This document shows positions 9,305 through 18,689 of a DNA stretch of 64,000 bases, in pieces (positions within the stretch are counted from its first letter, which is position 1; each line of letters begins with the position of its first letter). The position numbers and the translations under genes are program-made. Under the pieces are notes generated by a model. That model saw only the letters and a program-made list of their open reading frames with translations, did not search any database and was not told where the DNA came from. Origin of the DNA: a virus; IMG/VR virus record IMGVR_UViG_3300007072_000008, positions 9,278 through 73,277 of that record; one strand, written 5' to 3'.

Positions 9305-9376
9305 CTCGCAGAGCAGGATTCGAACCTGCGACCATTCGGTTAACAGCCGAACGCACTACCGCTGTGCTATCTGCGA
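9305..9376 (-). tRNA. trnN: tRNA-Asn(GTT)
   Basis: arm TTCGG-CTGTTAA-CCGAA, canonical D and T arms. Confidence 0.93.
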
Positions 9377-9377
9377 A

Positions 9378-9450
9378 AGCCAGAGGGGGGACTCGAACCC
9401 CCGGTTACGGGTTTACAAAACCCGCGCTGTAGCCGCTGAGCCACTCTGGC
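9378..9450 (-). tRNA. trnT: tRNA-Thr(TGT)
   Basis: GCCAGAG/CTCTGGC acceptor, arm CGGGT-TTTGTAA-ACCCG. Confidence 0.93.
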
Positions 9451-9558
9451 ATTTCACATTCTAGTGCCTCTTTCATGCTATAATATTTCTTTGATTGAGC
9501 AATTATCTTTTCCGACAAGGTAAATTGCAACAATTTTATTCATAGTAGTTTCCAAACA

Positions 9559-9631
9559 AGACCAGGGTGGGATTCGAACCCACGTATAGTGGATTTGCAA
9601 TCCACTTCCTTAGCCACTCGGACACCTGATC
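9559..9631 (-). tRNA. trnC: tRNA-Cys(GCA)
   Basis: arm GTGGA-TTGCAAA-TCCAC, U73 discriminator. Confidence 0.92.
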
Positions 9632-9637
9632 GTACAA

Positions 9638-9709
9638 TAGGCTTAAGTGGAGTCGAACCACTAATTGTTTCTTATCAGGAAACTGGTATAACCGTTTACC
9701 TATAAGCCT
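9638..9709 (-). tRNA. trnI: tRNA-Ile(GAT)
   Basis: arm GTTTC-CTGATAA-GAAAC, AGGCTTA/TAAGCCT acceptor. Confidence 0.9.
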
Positions 9710-9718
9710 ATGGTAACT

Positions 9719-9737
9719 TATTCACTTGTCAAAGATC
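9719..9737 (-). promoter_or_regulatory. boxA-like antitermination element
   Basis: GGATCTTTGACAAGTGAAT just upstream of the first tRNA resembles rrn boxA (CTTTAACA / CTTTGACA); conserved in the second copy at about 10616-10631. Confidence 0.6.
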
Positions 9738-9739
9738 CT

Positions 9740-9773
9740 AACAAAAAACCCAGACATTTTTTTTTGTCTGGGG
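9740..9773 (-). terminator. intrinsic terminator of a putative attenuator
   Basis: CCCAGACA-A8-TGTCTGGG hairpin followed by TTTTTTGTT on the minus strand. Confidence 0.8.
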
Positions 9774-9801
9774 TAAAAAGCACTTTTATTAATAGTACTC
9801 T

Positions 9802-9867
9802 TCACCCAGACGTAAAATCAGTGTGGGGGTTACATGTTGTTAGCATATTATTAATCGACATACGCAT
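9802..9867 (-). CDS. putative attenuator leader peptide MRMSINNMLTTCNPHTDFTSG
   Basis: 21-codon ORF whose last codons and stop (GTCTGGGTGAAGAGTAC) can pair with the 5' arm of the downstream terminator. Confidence 0.65.
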   Translation of the reverse strand: MRMSINNMLTTCNPHTDFTSG

Positions 9868-10309
9868 ACTATATCCGTTTTTTCTACACACCATTAAAAA
9901 CTCCCTCTGTTTTTTTTTTTTACCGCGATTCATTTTGCATTACCAGTTGTTCACTGGTTTTTCATTCTTATAGTTGATACAAGGTTTTTTAATGATATAT
10001 TATATAAATTTAATTTATATAATCTTCCTTTACATTTGTGATAAAATGCACCAAAGATTTGAACATGCCCTTTTATACAGAACATTTATTCTAAAATAAT
10101 GCCTTTACCAGACAACATTTCATGTATCTCTTTCCTAAGTTCAATCAGTATATTTGTTGTTTTTCATCTAATTCGGAATATTTTACTAAATTCCTCAATT
10201 TATTGTCAATGTTATAAACAACGTTTTTCCACAAAGTCCCATCAAGAGCATCCCTATGTTTTTGCTGCTCTTCTAGTAAATTAAATATCAGTGTTACTTG
10301 CATAAATGC

Positions 10310-10546
10310 TTAACCTTTTACTAAGTTACTTAAGTATATTGTTTTTTCTAGTGTTTTTATTAGTTTTCTTAAATATTTTTCTAGCTCGTACACATGATCA
10401 AAATTACTTTTACCGTGCCAAGCTTCTTCTGAAGCCGATGCAATCAGTGGATCAACTAGCATTTTTAACCGCTTTTCCATCTCTACAAGACTATCTATAG
10501 AAGTTTGATAGACTTCTTTTTTACCATATCCCATATCAGTTTCCAA
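10310..10546 (-). CDS. hypothetical protein
   Basis: 78-aa ORF downstream of the second leader copy. Confidence 0.45.
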   Translation of the reverse strand: METDMGYGKKEVYQTSIDSLVEMEKRLKMLVDPLIASASEEAWHGKSNFDHVYELEKYLRKLIKTLEKTIYLSNLVKG

Positions 10547-10614
10547 TTTAACAAATTTCTTCTCGAAGCAATTAGCATCTTCTATTAAGTCAGTTCTGTT
10601 TCAACTTGATGTAT

Positions 10615-10780
10615 ATTCACTTGTCAAAGAATATCCTAACAAAACCAGACATTTGTGGTGAAAAGTACTTTTATTAATAATACTCTTCACACAGACGTAA
10701 AACCAGTATTAATTGATGTGCATACTATATCTGTTCTTTTTACACACCATTGAAAACCACCTACTTTTTTTACCGCGAAA
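10615..10780 (-). repeat. degenerate duplicate of the 9719-9927 leader region
   Basis: shared blocks ttcacttgtcaaaga, cctaacaaaa..ccagacattt, acttttattaata.tactcttcac.cagacgtaaaa, gcatactatatc, tacacaccatt, taccgcga; terminator arm and leader ORF partly deleted. Confidence 0.85.
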
Positions 10781-10832
10781 CTTTTTCGCGGTAACTATTT
10801 TATTCAGCAGGTCTACATGATATTGTTTTTAA

Positions 10833-11015
10833 TTAATTTTTAAGATTGAACAATTCCAACTGTTTTGGATTTTCATTATCTATCAATACAGTATAACCCA
10901 ATGCAGTGAGAACTTTTTTTAAGGCTGTTATAACACAATCATCACGGTCTATATAACATTGTATAGAGCCTGTGTCAATAGCAATAGAAGATAATGTGGG
11001 GTGTATGTAAATCAT
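10833..11015 (-). CDS. hypothetical small protein
   Basis: MIYIHPTL...QLELFNLKN portion of ORF 10833..11072. Confidence 0.4.
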   Translation of the reverse strand: MIYIHPTLSSIAIDTGSIQCYIDRDDCVITALKKVLTALGYTVLIDNENPKQLELFNLKN

Positions 11016-11097
11016 ATTAATATATATCGGACAAATTACTAAAAACAAATTACTAAAAACAAGGATAACCATGCAAACTTTTTAATATACAGCATAT

Positions 11098-11724
11098 ATG
11101 AATTGGTATAAGTATTCAATGCCGCAGATAAAAGATGTAAAATCTTCTGTAGATCAAATTTGTATGAAAATAAAACAAATTCAAGGAGTAAAAGATGTTT
11201 TTTTATTTGGTTCTTATGCAGCAAATATTAATAACCCATCCGCAATAGTAAAGGATGTTGATATCATTGCAGTTACGGAATTTAACACTGGTGATTTATT
11301 AGCAATTGATAACACAGCTTATTCGGCTTTGAAAATCAGTCCAAAAAATCTGGAAGAAGAGGGTTTTTGTAAAGAGGCTGTCAGTTTTACAAAGCAGTTT
11401 TTGTCATATGGGAACTATAATATAGACCACTGGGCATTATCTGCTAGTAAGCAATTGTTACATTGGGGTGATATGCCAGAGACAAAAGAAGAATGGCAAG
11501 AAATACACATTAAAGCAGAGCAAGAAGCTAATGTCTTAACTGGAATTTCAAAAAATGATCTAAAAACAGCAACTAATGCACAAAAAAAGGAATGGAAAGA
11601 AATATTCGACAAATATATTAATAGATATGTGCAAAATAAAAATAGTGGCTGGTGTTTATCAGAAAACAAATTTAATTCTATAAAAAAAGATATTATTAAA
11701 TGGACGATTTGGCAGAACAACTAG
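11098..11724 (+). CDS. nucleotidyltransferase (Pol beta superfamily, MNT-like) with MNWYK tag
   Basis: VFLFGSYA-x10-DVDII motif. Confidence 0.8.
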   Translation: MNWYKYSMPQIKDVKSSVDQICMKIKQIQGVKDVFLFGSYAANINNPSAIVKDVDIIAVTEFNTGDLLAIDNTAYSALKISPKNLEEEGFCKEAVSFTKQFLSYGNYNIDHWALSASKQLLHWGDMPETKEEWQEIHIKAEQEANVLTGISKNDLKTATNAQKKEWKEIFDKYINRYVQNKNSGWCLSENKFNSIKKDIIKWTIWQNN

Positions 11725-11921
11725 TATCTAAACTGCTTACCCCAGATGGTATTTGGGCTAATTACCATTGTCAACTAAGGCAGTGGCAAGCCTATCAAGC
11801 TTTAGTTAATAGTCATCTTATTCCAGATGGTCTAATGCCCAAAATGCCAACATATGATCAATTTAGTACAGATTTAGTGTCAGAAAGAACAGCGTGTAAG
11901 TATCCTAGCTTAGATCCTTAA
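11700..11921 (+). CDS. hypothetical protein
   Basis: 73-aa ORF overlapping the upstream gene's end. Confidence 0.5.
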   Translation: MDDLAEQLVSKLLTPDGIWANYHCQLRQWQAYQALVNSHLIPDGLMPKMPTYDQFSTDLVSERTACKYPSLDP

Positions 11922-12144
11922 AATAATTTTTACAAAATGGCAAAAATTGTGTATAGAAAATCTGGTTTACCGCGTATATATAATAGTATACAGTAGTTAA
12001 TTCTAGCTATAGTAGTTATAGTTGTTTAAAGATAAATAAAAGATATAAAAGATACAATTGTGATAATGAATTTTCAAAATACACACTTTAGTAGAAGGAA
12101 TTGCATAGTTTTATTATAATTAGTGGTTAAACAGAGTGTGCAAT

Positions 12145-14301
12145 ATGAATTGGTATCAATTAGTTAAAATAGCAGAGCAGGTATCTACAGAAGACTTTAC
12201 AGAATTAGTACGTCATCTCAAAACTACAACTAATGCAGGTGAAGGGGAAATTAGACAATATTTAATTAATTTGTTAAACTTCAAAAATAGATATGAAAAT
12301 ATATTAAAACTTGTTTTTGCGTTCTGGAAAATTTCTGATGAAAACGAAAGAATTATTAATTCTTCTTTTGCTGAATTAAAACAATTCAGATTTGAACAGA
12401 TTAAAGCGGCTGTAGTGTCCATAAATAAAATTAACTCAAATTACATTATTACTCAGGCAAAAAAATATGCTGAAGAATTAAACATAGATCAAAATGCTGA
12501 TATTGATAGAATCAAAATTGATATAATTAAGTTTATTTCTTTCAGGGAGACAGGGGTTTTACGAACATTGGCATCAAAACCTATTGAAGAAGTAACAGCC
12601 TATAATGAAGAAATTAGTGGATTACTGGGTAGAGAAATTAGTCCAGATGAAATCGAAATAGTCGTTAATAATACAAAGAATAAAAATGATATAACTACTA
12701 TACCTTATTCAGAACTGAAGGTATTGTTAGCTATATTAACTATGATAAAAATTGAAAAAGATGAGAAGAGTGTCAAGAAAGCTCCTGTTTCTATATTAAA
12801 AAAACCTATATTTGCTAACAACGAAATTGAAATTTATCCTGGTTTAACCCCTGCTGACTGTGCAACCATTAAAGATTCATTTGGCATTCCAAGCAACGAG
12901 GGATGGTGTGTTGGACGTAGAGATAATAATCTCTGGTATCATTATAGAAATAGGACCGAACGCAGAGAACCTACTTTTTATTTTGGAAGGAAATTAAATG
13001 TCCCCTTAACAGAAATTATGAAAACAGAAGATCCTTATACTGTATTTGCTTTACAAATACATCCTGCTCATTGTGGTGGACTGCCTTATACTATAAGCAA
13101 TAAATTTAACGACGGAATTGATAAAGATGTATCATGGGATAATTTAAAAAGATTGATTCCAGAATTAGATTCTATAGATATTAAAACTAATAAGCATTTT
13201 ACAGAAATATTTAATCCAGAAGATCCTAATGTTGCTATACCTTTGTCAAGGCAAGAAAAGCAATTTACACAACAGGTAGTACAAAATCGTAATCCTGAAT
13301 TCTTTTGTAAATTAAATTATCTTAAAAAGAAGCGATATATAGATATAAAAATGTCTTTATCTGATGAGGAGTACAAATGTGCTGACGATTCTATTCAATT
13401 ACACTATATTAATTTAAGAAATGAATTAACACCCGCACAAATTGCAATAACATCTGCACAAAATATAAAAAGATATGAATTCCTTCAGCAGGAAAAAATG
13501 CTGAAAAATACAAAACAGTTGCTGGGATATTTGCAGGTTAAAACATTAAATGGAACACCGCTTAAGCTGGTTGACAGAAGATTAGTCGATCACATTCCTA
13601 ATATTATAAAGGAAATTGCGGGAAGCAGAGAATTAACTAATATGTTAAAGGATACTGTTGTACGCGGAATTCCTTTGGGTGATATAGTGCACCTGCCGCA
13701 TGTCATACAAAGTGCTTTTACAATTTCTTCTGTAGCACAAGCATATCTTAGTGGAGTTGATTTGCCTTTGAATGTTTCATTGCCAAATATACTAATTGAA
13801 ATTATTAAAGAACGACAAAATTCTGTTGTTCTTTTAAGACTTTTATATAGCAGACTTAGAGACATAGGACACCCTGGTGCCGAGGTGTTAGAAAATATAA
13901 TACAGCATAAATTGGAGCTAGAAATAGCTAAAATAATACATAGTCCAGCATTAATATGCACTTATTTATTAAGTCTCCATGTAAAGGGAATAGGTTTAAC
14001 AGGAATACCTGATTATGTCTTTGATGCTTTATCAACTGATGCTGAACAGTGTTGTAGGTATATTCTCGGTGCTCATGTTTATTGCCTACAGGGGGTGATA
14101 CCAAAAAGATCTTTTTATATACATCCGGCTATCGTTCGCGGATTAGCCGCAAAACCTAATCTATTGTTAAAAACCGCTAAAGAACTGTATGCTGGTGGAA
14201 CATTTAATCCCTTATCACTTGTTGAGAAATTAAAGGGACAGGGCTTGGTCGCCTATAATCGTTACATAGTTGATAAACCCATACCAGCTTACAATGTGTA
14301 A
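12145..14301 (+). CDS. large phage protein, paralog of 23568..24791, MNWYQ tag, C-terminal helical repeats
   Basis: ATG at 12145 gives MNWYQLVKIA; WCVGR..NLWYHYR..TFYFG..FALQI..IPEL shared with 23568..24791. Confidence 0.8.
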   Translation: MNWYQLVKIAEQVSTEDFTELVRHLKTTTNAGEGEIRQYLINLLNFKNRYENILKLVFAFWKISDENERIINSSFAELKQFRFEQIKAAVVSINKINSNYIITQAKKYAEELNIDQNADIDRIKIDIIKFISFRETGVLRTLASKPIEEVTAYNEEISGLLGREISPDEIEIVVNNTKNKNDITTIPYSELKVLLAILTMIKIEKDEKSVKKAPVSILKKPIFANNEIEIYPGLTPADCATIKDSFGIPSNEGWCVGRRDNNLWYHYRNRTERREPTFYFGRKLNVPLTEIMKTEDPYTVFALQIHPAHCGGLPYTISNKFNDGIDKDVSWDNLKRLIPELDSIDIKTNKHFTEIFNPEDPNVAIPLSRQEKQFTQQVVQNRNPEFFCKLNYLKKKRYIDIKMSLSDEEYKCADDSIQLHYINLRNELTPAQIAITSAQNIKRYEFLQQEKMLKNTKQLLGYLQVKTLNGTPLKLVDRRLVDHIPNIIKEIAGSRELTNMLKDTVVRGIPLGDIVHLPHVIQSAFTISSVAQAYLSGVDLPLNVSLPNILIEIIKERQNSVVLLRLLYSRLRDIGHPGAEVLENIIQHKLELEIAKIIHSPALICTYLLSLHVKGIGLTGIPDYVFDALSTDAEQCCRYILGAHVYCLQGVIPKRSFYIHPAIVRGLAAKPNLLLKTAKELYAGGTFNPLSLVEKLKGQGLVAYNRYIVDKPIPAYNV

Positions 14302-14550
14302 ATTATAGTATATGCAATATAGTTATTAGCCATATATATAGCAAGATTATAATAAAAAAAGAAAAAACAACCGATCCATGCGGTTTATATATCAAGCCCT
14401 TGCGTTTTTTAAATTTTGTCCCTAACAATTGAAGATGTTCGTTTTTGCAAAACATATATTAATTTGATTTGTAGCACTAGCTCCTGAAACTCTAGATAGT
14501 TTTTCAAATTATTTATATAATTTGCTAATTTATAAGTTTGTTTTTGTTTT

Positions 14551-14826
14551 TTATTCGATATCAATTTCTTCTATATATACGTAATGTCCTGGGCAACTTG
14601 CATAAGTTATAATAGAGCCAGTTTGTTCTGCAAATCGGTTAAAAACCATAGGTGGAGGTTTATCCTTATCTTCGCTATCTGTTGCATTACGCCATTCTTG
14701 TTCAGTATTATCTAAATAGGCGTTAAAAAAAGCTAGAGCATTTTTATAGTTGTAATAAGCCCCTATGGTGTTTACTGAAGGCTCACTCGATAGGTTTTCT
14801 TGGTGTAATATAATATATGCTTTCAT
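14551..14826 (-). CDS. hypothetical protein
   Basis: 91-aa ORF divergent from 14882. Confidence 0.55.
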   Translation of the reverse strand: MKAYIILHQENLSSEPSVNTIGAYYNYKNALAFFNAYLDNTEQEWRNATDSEDKDKPPPMVFNRFAEQTGSIITYASCPGHYVYIEEIDIE

Positions 14827-14881
14827 GTTTTTTTATCGTCTAAAAGGATAAACATTGTTAATGTTGTAAGAAATAAATATT

Positions 14882-15637
14882 ATGATTATAGTCAAAACAA
14901 AAAACACTTTTAGTATCAAGTTAACCAAAAAAGAATGGTTTAAAATCGGTCAGACAGCGGGTTGGATAAAAACAGCTAAGAACCCATGCTGGAAGGGGTA
15001 TAAACAGATAGGGATTAAAAATAATGGGAAAAAGAAAGTTCCTAATTGCGTTCCTAGTAAAAAAGCGCAATTCTCAGGAACAGTTCCAGTAGATCAACTG
15101 GTAAACAGTTGGAATCAGCTTTCTTCTCAATTGGGAGTAGTAAATATTACTGGCTCAAATGTAAACTATTCTGTTAATTTAAAAGGAAAAAGTATTAGTA
15201 TCCGTCCTCTGTTAGATAAGGTGATTAACTTGATAAAACCTAAATTAACAGAAAATGGCGTTAAAGAAATAGATACGTCGCCTCTTCCCGCAGGAATACA
15301 GGGGTTAGCAGTTAGTAGTGAGCCAGGTAAAATTAGAGTGGATATAGAAAAGATATGTAAACAGTTTTTTGACCACTCACAAGCTCCAATCATACAAAAT
15401 GATGGAACAGAGGTAGATCCTGACATGGAAAAACAGCTTACTAACGCTATAGCACATGAATTATTAGCTACCATCGCTCATGAAAGTGCTCACTCAAGAG
15501 ACTATAGCAATGAATTTCAGAAATATGTCAATGATCCACAAAAGATGAGATTCCCAAGGTTTGATAAGGTCCAAGAAGCCCCTGGAGGGCAATTTGAAAA
15601 CCAAATAAGAAATCAATATAAGTCGCAACAATTTTAA
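14882..15637 (+). CDS. HExxH zincin-like protein with N-terminal virion-type tag and PCWKGY motif
   Basis: LTKKEWFKIGQTAGWIKTA, NPCWKGYKQIG...VPNCVP, TIAHESAHS. Confidence 0.7.
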   Translation: MIIVKTKNTFSIKLTKKEWFKIGQTAGWIKTAKNPCWKGYKQIGIKNNGKKKVPNCVPSKKAQFSGTVPVDQLVNSWNQLSSQLGVVNITGSNVNYSVNLKGKSISIRPLLDKVINLIKPKLTENGVKEIDTSPLPAGIQGLAVSSEPGKIRVDIEKICKQFFDHSQAPIIQNDGTEVDPDMEKQLTNAIAHELLATIAHESAHSRDYSNEFQKYVNDPQKMRFPRFDKVQEAPGGQFENQIRNQYKSQQF

Positions 15638-15715
15638 TAAAAATATAAAGGGAAAAAACTTATTCAGACGAAATACTTATATGTCGTAGAGTAAAATCAT
15701 ACAAATGGAGATCAT

Positions 15716-16102
15716 ATGAAAATAGTTAAGAAATCAAATGGGAAAAAAGCTCTTAGAATGACACGCAAAGAATGGGTAAGAATCGGACGGCAATTAGGTG
15801 CTATGGGAGAAGACTTAAATACCGTTACTACTCCCAAAACTGATACAGTGAGTACTTCAGTAAACACAGATCTAAAATCGCTTGTCAATAAGTTTCGTGA
15901 TCTGTTAGCAGAACTTGAAGCTGCTGTGAATGAAAAAGATGTAGGCAATGACAATGACGCATTGGATGATGATGCATTGGACGATGATGCATTGGACGAT
16001 GATGCATTGGACGATGATGCATTGGACGATGATGCATTGGACAATGATGCATTGGACGATGATGCGGGTAGTGAAGATGAAGATCTTTTGCCGCCATCCT
16101 AA
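15716..16102 (+). CDS. acidic protein with (DDDAL)n repeat and N-terminal tag
   Basis: GGAG RBS; MTRKEWVRIGRQLG; followed by a terminator. Confidence 0.75.
   Translation: MKIVKKSNGKKALRMTRKEWVRIGRQLGAMGEDLNTVTTPKTDTVSTSVNTDLKSLVNKFRDLLAELEAAVNEKDVGNDNDALDDDALDDDALDDDALDDDALDDDALDNDALDDDAGSEDEDLLPPS
15955..16063 (+). repeat. 15-bp tandem repeat (GATGCATTGGACGAT), about 7 copies
   Basis: direct inspection. Confidence 0.95.
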
Positions 16103-16120
16103 ACATAATTTATATATCAT

Positions 16121-16165
16121 AAAATAAGGTCTAGTCGCTTACAGTAAGCGACTAGACCTTATTTT
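16121..16165. terminator. bidirectional intrinsic terminator
   Basis: aaaataaggtctagtcgctta-cag-taagcgactagaccttatttt perfect inverted repeat between convergent genes. Confidence 0.9.
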
Positions 16166-16178
16166 ACTACTGATGAGG

Positions 16179-16457
16179 TCATAATTGAATGTCTATTCCT
16201 ATTATGTCTTCATTCTCAATAGAACAGCAAATTTTACATAAAGACGAATGTTTTTCTAAAAATTCAAGACACCCCTCTACACCACTATATTGAGTTAAAA
16301 AATCATTTGCTTTTCTATACTGAATAGCTCTATTTAGTTCAAAAGATAAAAATAATAACATTTCATACCTATGGTCTCCTTGTTTTTTCAAAAACTTCTC
16401 TAACTGCATATAACTGTGTTTCATACTCAAATCCCTCGTTTGACGCGGCGGCGGCAA
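16179..16457 (-). CDS. hypothetical protein
   Basis: 92-aa ORF ending at the terminator; the start is probably a downstream ATG after GAGGG. Confidence 0.45.
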   Translation of the reverse strand: MPPPRQTRDLSMKHSYMQLEKFLKKQGDHRYEMLLFLSFELNRAIQYRKANDFLTQYSGVEGCLEFLEKHSSLCKICCSIENEDIIGIDIQL

Positions 16458-16759
16458 TTGTTAAAGACTTGCAAGTGTCAATTTTCCTAGGTTCTACTTT
16501 GATTCATTGATATTGCTACAGTTGTTATAATTTAACATTACACTTATAACTTTAGAAGGAATGCTGATTAACCATACTGCTAAGCTAAAAATTGCTACTA
16601 TAAATATAAATATTAGTATTCCCACAAAAGTTAACCAATTATATATTTCATATTTCATGTTGTGTTCACAATATGAAGTCTTGTGTGGGTGGAGTGTAGC
16701 ACAAAAAAAAACACAATTTCTTGTGCCCTTTTAATGACTATGTGGGAGGAGGTTTTTTT

Positions 16760-17497
16760 TTACCGCGAACTTAATACTTTTAGCATAGTGCGGTTGTGAA
16801 AACCAATTGACTTCTTTGGCTTAAAAAAACTTTCCTGAAAACGTGTTAATTGATCTTTTCCAGTATTGTTAAGCCAGTTTTGAAAAAGATCTTTGTCCTT
16901 TATAGTGTTTTCAGAATTAATATCATTAACTCCTTGCCATGATAGTAAGGCGTCATCTGGTATTGTGAAACGGAACCATCGTAAGACCTCACTAAGATGA
17001 GAAAGGACTTCATCTGCTTTATAATTATGTCCTATAACAATAATGCCTGCTTTCTTGCCTTCGTAGGGGGGGGGTTCTCCAAAAACCGTGCTAAGGTTAT
17101 CAATAACATTCAAACGCTCTATAATGCGTTGTAGCACGGCTGAATGGCTAAACCATCGCACAGGTGTGGCGAAAATAACTATATCAGAATGTTTAATACC
17201 ATCATATATTAATGGCATTTCGTCTTTACCGCCATATTTTTCTGGTTCTTTTATAGAATTATAATGTGCCCAACACCGGTAAGGTCCGGCATCTTTGCTG
17301 CCACATTTTTTCCCATCCTCAGAATAACATCCTTGATTTTCGACGATATGCAGTTTGTTAGCTTCAATTAAATTTATACTATGTCCATTATTTTTGAATT
17401 GTTCTAGTATCTTTTCTAAAATCAGTAAAGATTTCGACGGAGAATCTGTTCCCGAGGGGGTCCAATGGTTAGATGTTGCAATTCCTAATATTTTCAT
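16760..17497 (-). CDS. flavodoxin / NADPH-dependent FMN reductase (iron-sulfur flavoprotein-like)
   Basis: MKILGIATS, GCYS..C..C, DEMPLIYD..SDIVIFATPVRW, IERL, GKKAGII. Confidence 0.85.
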   Translation of the reverse strand: MKILGIATSNHWTPSGTDSPSKSLLILEKILEQFKNNGHSINLIEANKLHIVENQGCYSEDGKKCGSKDAGPYRCWAHYNSIKEPEKYGGKDEMPLIYDGIKHSDIVIFATPVRWFSHSAVLQRIIERLNVIDNLSTVFGEPPPYEGKKAGIIVIGHNYKADEVLSHLSEVLRWFRFTIPDDALLSWQGVNDINSENTIKDKDLFQNWLNNTGKDQLTRFQESFFKPKKSIGFHNRTMLKVLSSR

Positions 17498-17517
17498 TAT
17501 TAAAGCTTTATATATAA

Positions 17518-18510
17518 CTATGAATTTAGTATTTTTCCGAGTTTAGTTAATAATTTTTTACTGTTACTAACAGAAAGAATTTTGACAGACTTTGGTAATA
17601 CGTCATGCACAATAGAATTAACTTCTGTAGTTTGATTGACCGTTTTTTGCAATCTGTTTAATACATTGTTTAACGGTTCTTTTAGGGCATATACCGCAGT
17701 GACAATTTCAGATAAATCGCCAAAGCTCATTCCGTCTGTTTTCTTAACTAGTTCTTCAATTTCTGCTTCTGATGATAAACCTCTTGACAATAATTTGTTT
17801 TGAAAATAAATCTTACGACCTTCATAAGGAGGATAGGGAACATGTATTTTTTTGTCAAAACGACCAGACCGCAATAGTCTAGGAGGAAAACGATCTAGAT
17901 AATTTGTAGTTGCTAAATAAAGCACCCCATCAACAGTGTCTTGCCCATCTAAGAGGTGTAATAGCTGCTGCTCATTCCACTTAATTAATTCATCAATATC
18001 TTCTAACATAGCTACAACCTGACGAGTAGGTTCGATATTCCTTAATGCTTTAAGACCAGTTTTTAAAGCACCTACGTCACTTGCGTATATAACTATATCT
18101 CCTTTGTTGGTAATTAATTCAGAAACTTGATTTAATATACTTGTTTTACCACCACCAGGAGTCCCGTATAATAGAATCCCACGACTATATACTAAGCCTA
18201 ATTTTTTGTAATCATTACGTAATGACCAAAAACGATCAATTTCACTTAAAACCTCTTTCATAGGACCAGATTCGAATTTATATAATTCAGCAGTTTTTGG
18301 TTTAATACGTTCGAATTGAACGTTTCCTTCCATGTCTAAAAACACCTTATAAGCTGCTTGATTAATAGTAGGGGATAAAGATACGTCGCCTACTGGTCTA
18401 ATTGTATTTTTATCTTTTAACCATCGAAAATAAGTTTTTTCTAAGGGTTCGTCAGAATTAGGGTGTTTTGAAGTTTCGGTTAATATCTGTTGAGCATTAA
18501 TATGTTTCAT
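17518..18510 (-). CDS. AAA+ ATPase
   Basis: GILLYGTPGGGKT (Walker A), LEDID (Walker B), LATTNY, LLRSGRFD (SRH). Confidence 0.92.
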   Translation of the reverse strand: MKHINAQQILTETSKHPNSDEPLEKTYFRWLKDKNTIRPVGDVSLSPTINQAAYKVFLDMEGNVQFERIKPKTAELYKFESGPMKEVLSEIDRFWSLRNDYKKLGLVYSRGILLYGTPGGGKTSILNQVSELITNKGDIVIYASDVGALKTGLKALRNIEPTRQVVAMLEDIDELIKWNEQQLLHLLDGQDTVDGVLYLATTNYLDRFPPRLLRSGRFDKKIHVPYPPYEGRKIYFQNKLLSRGLSSEAEIEELVKKTDGMSFGDLSEIVTAVYALKEPLNNVLNRLQKTVNQTTEVNSIVHDVLPKSVKILSVSNSKKLLTKLGKILNS

Positions 18511-18689
18511 ACATGTCCTTATAAAAGATATGTTTATATATTAAAGAAATAGTAAAATCCCTTTCTTTTTATTAATGAAGCATAGATTAATAATTAACAA
18601 AAATTAATTAACAAAGGAAAACTACTAAGAGAAAATAAATTACCATTATTTAACGACCAAATAGTTTAATAAATATAGGAGAAATAAAT

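Noticed and set aside
15955-16063. Possible CRISPR array
   Set aside because: Head-to-tail repeats with no spacers, inside a coding frame; no cas genes in the window.
15712-16120. Minus-strand ORFs with (SSNAS)n, (PMHHR)n and (IIVQC)n repeats
   Set aside because: Shadow translations of the 15-bp tandem repeat in the real plus-strand gene.
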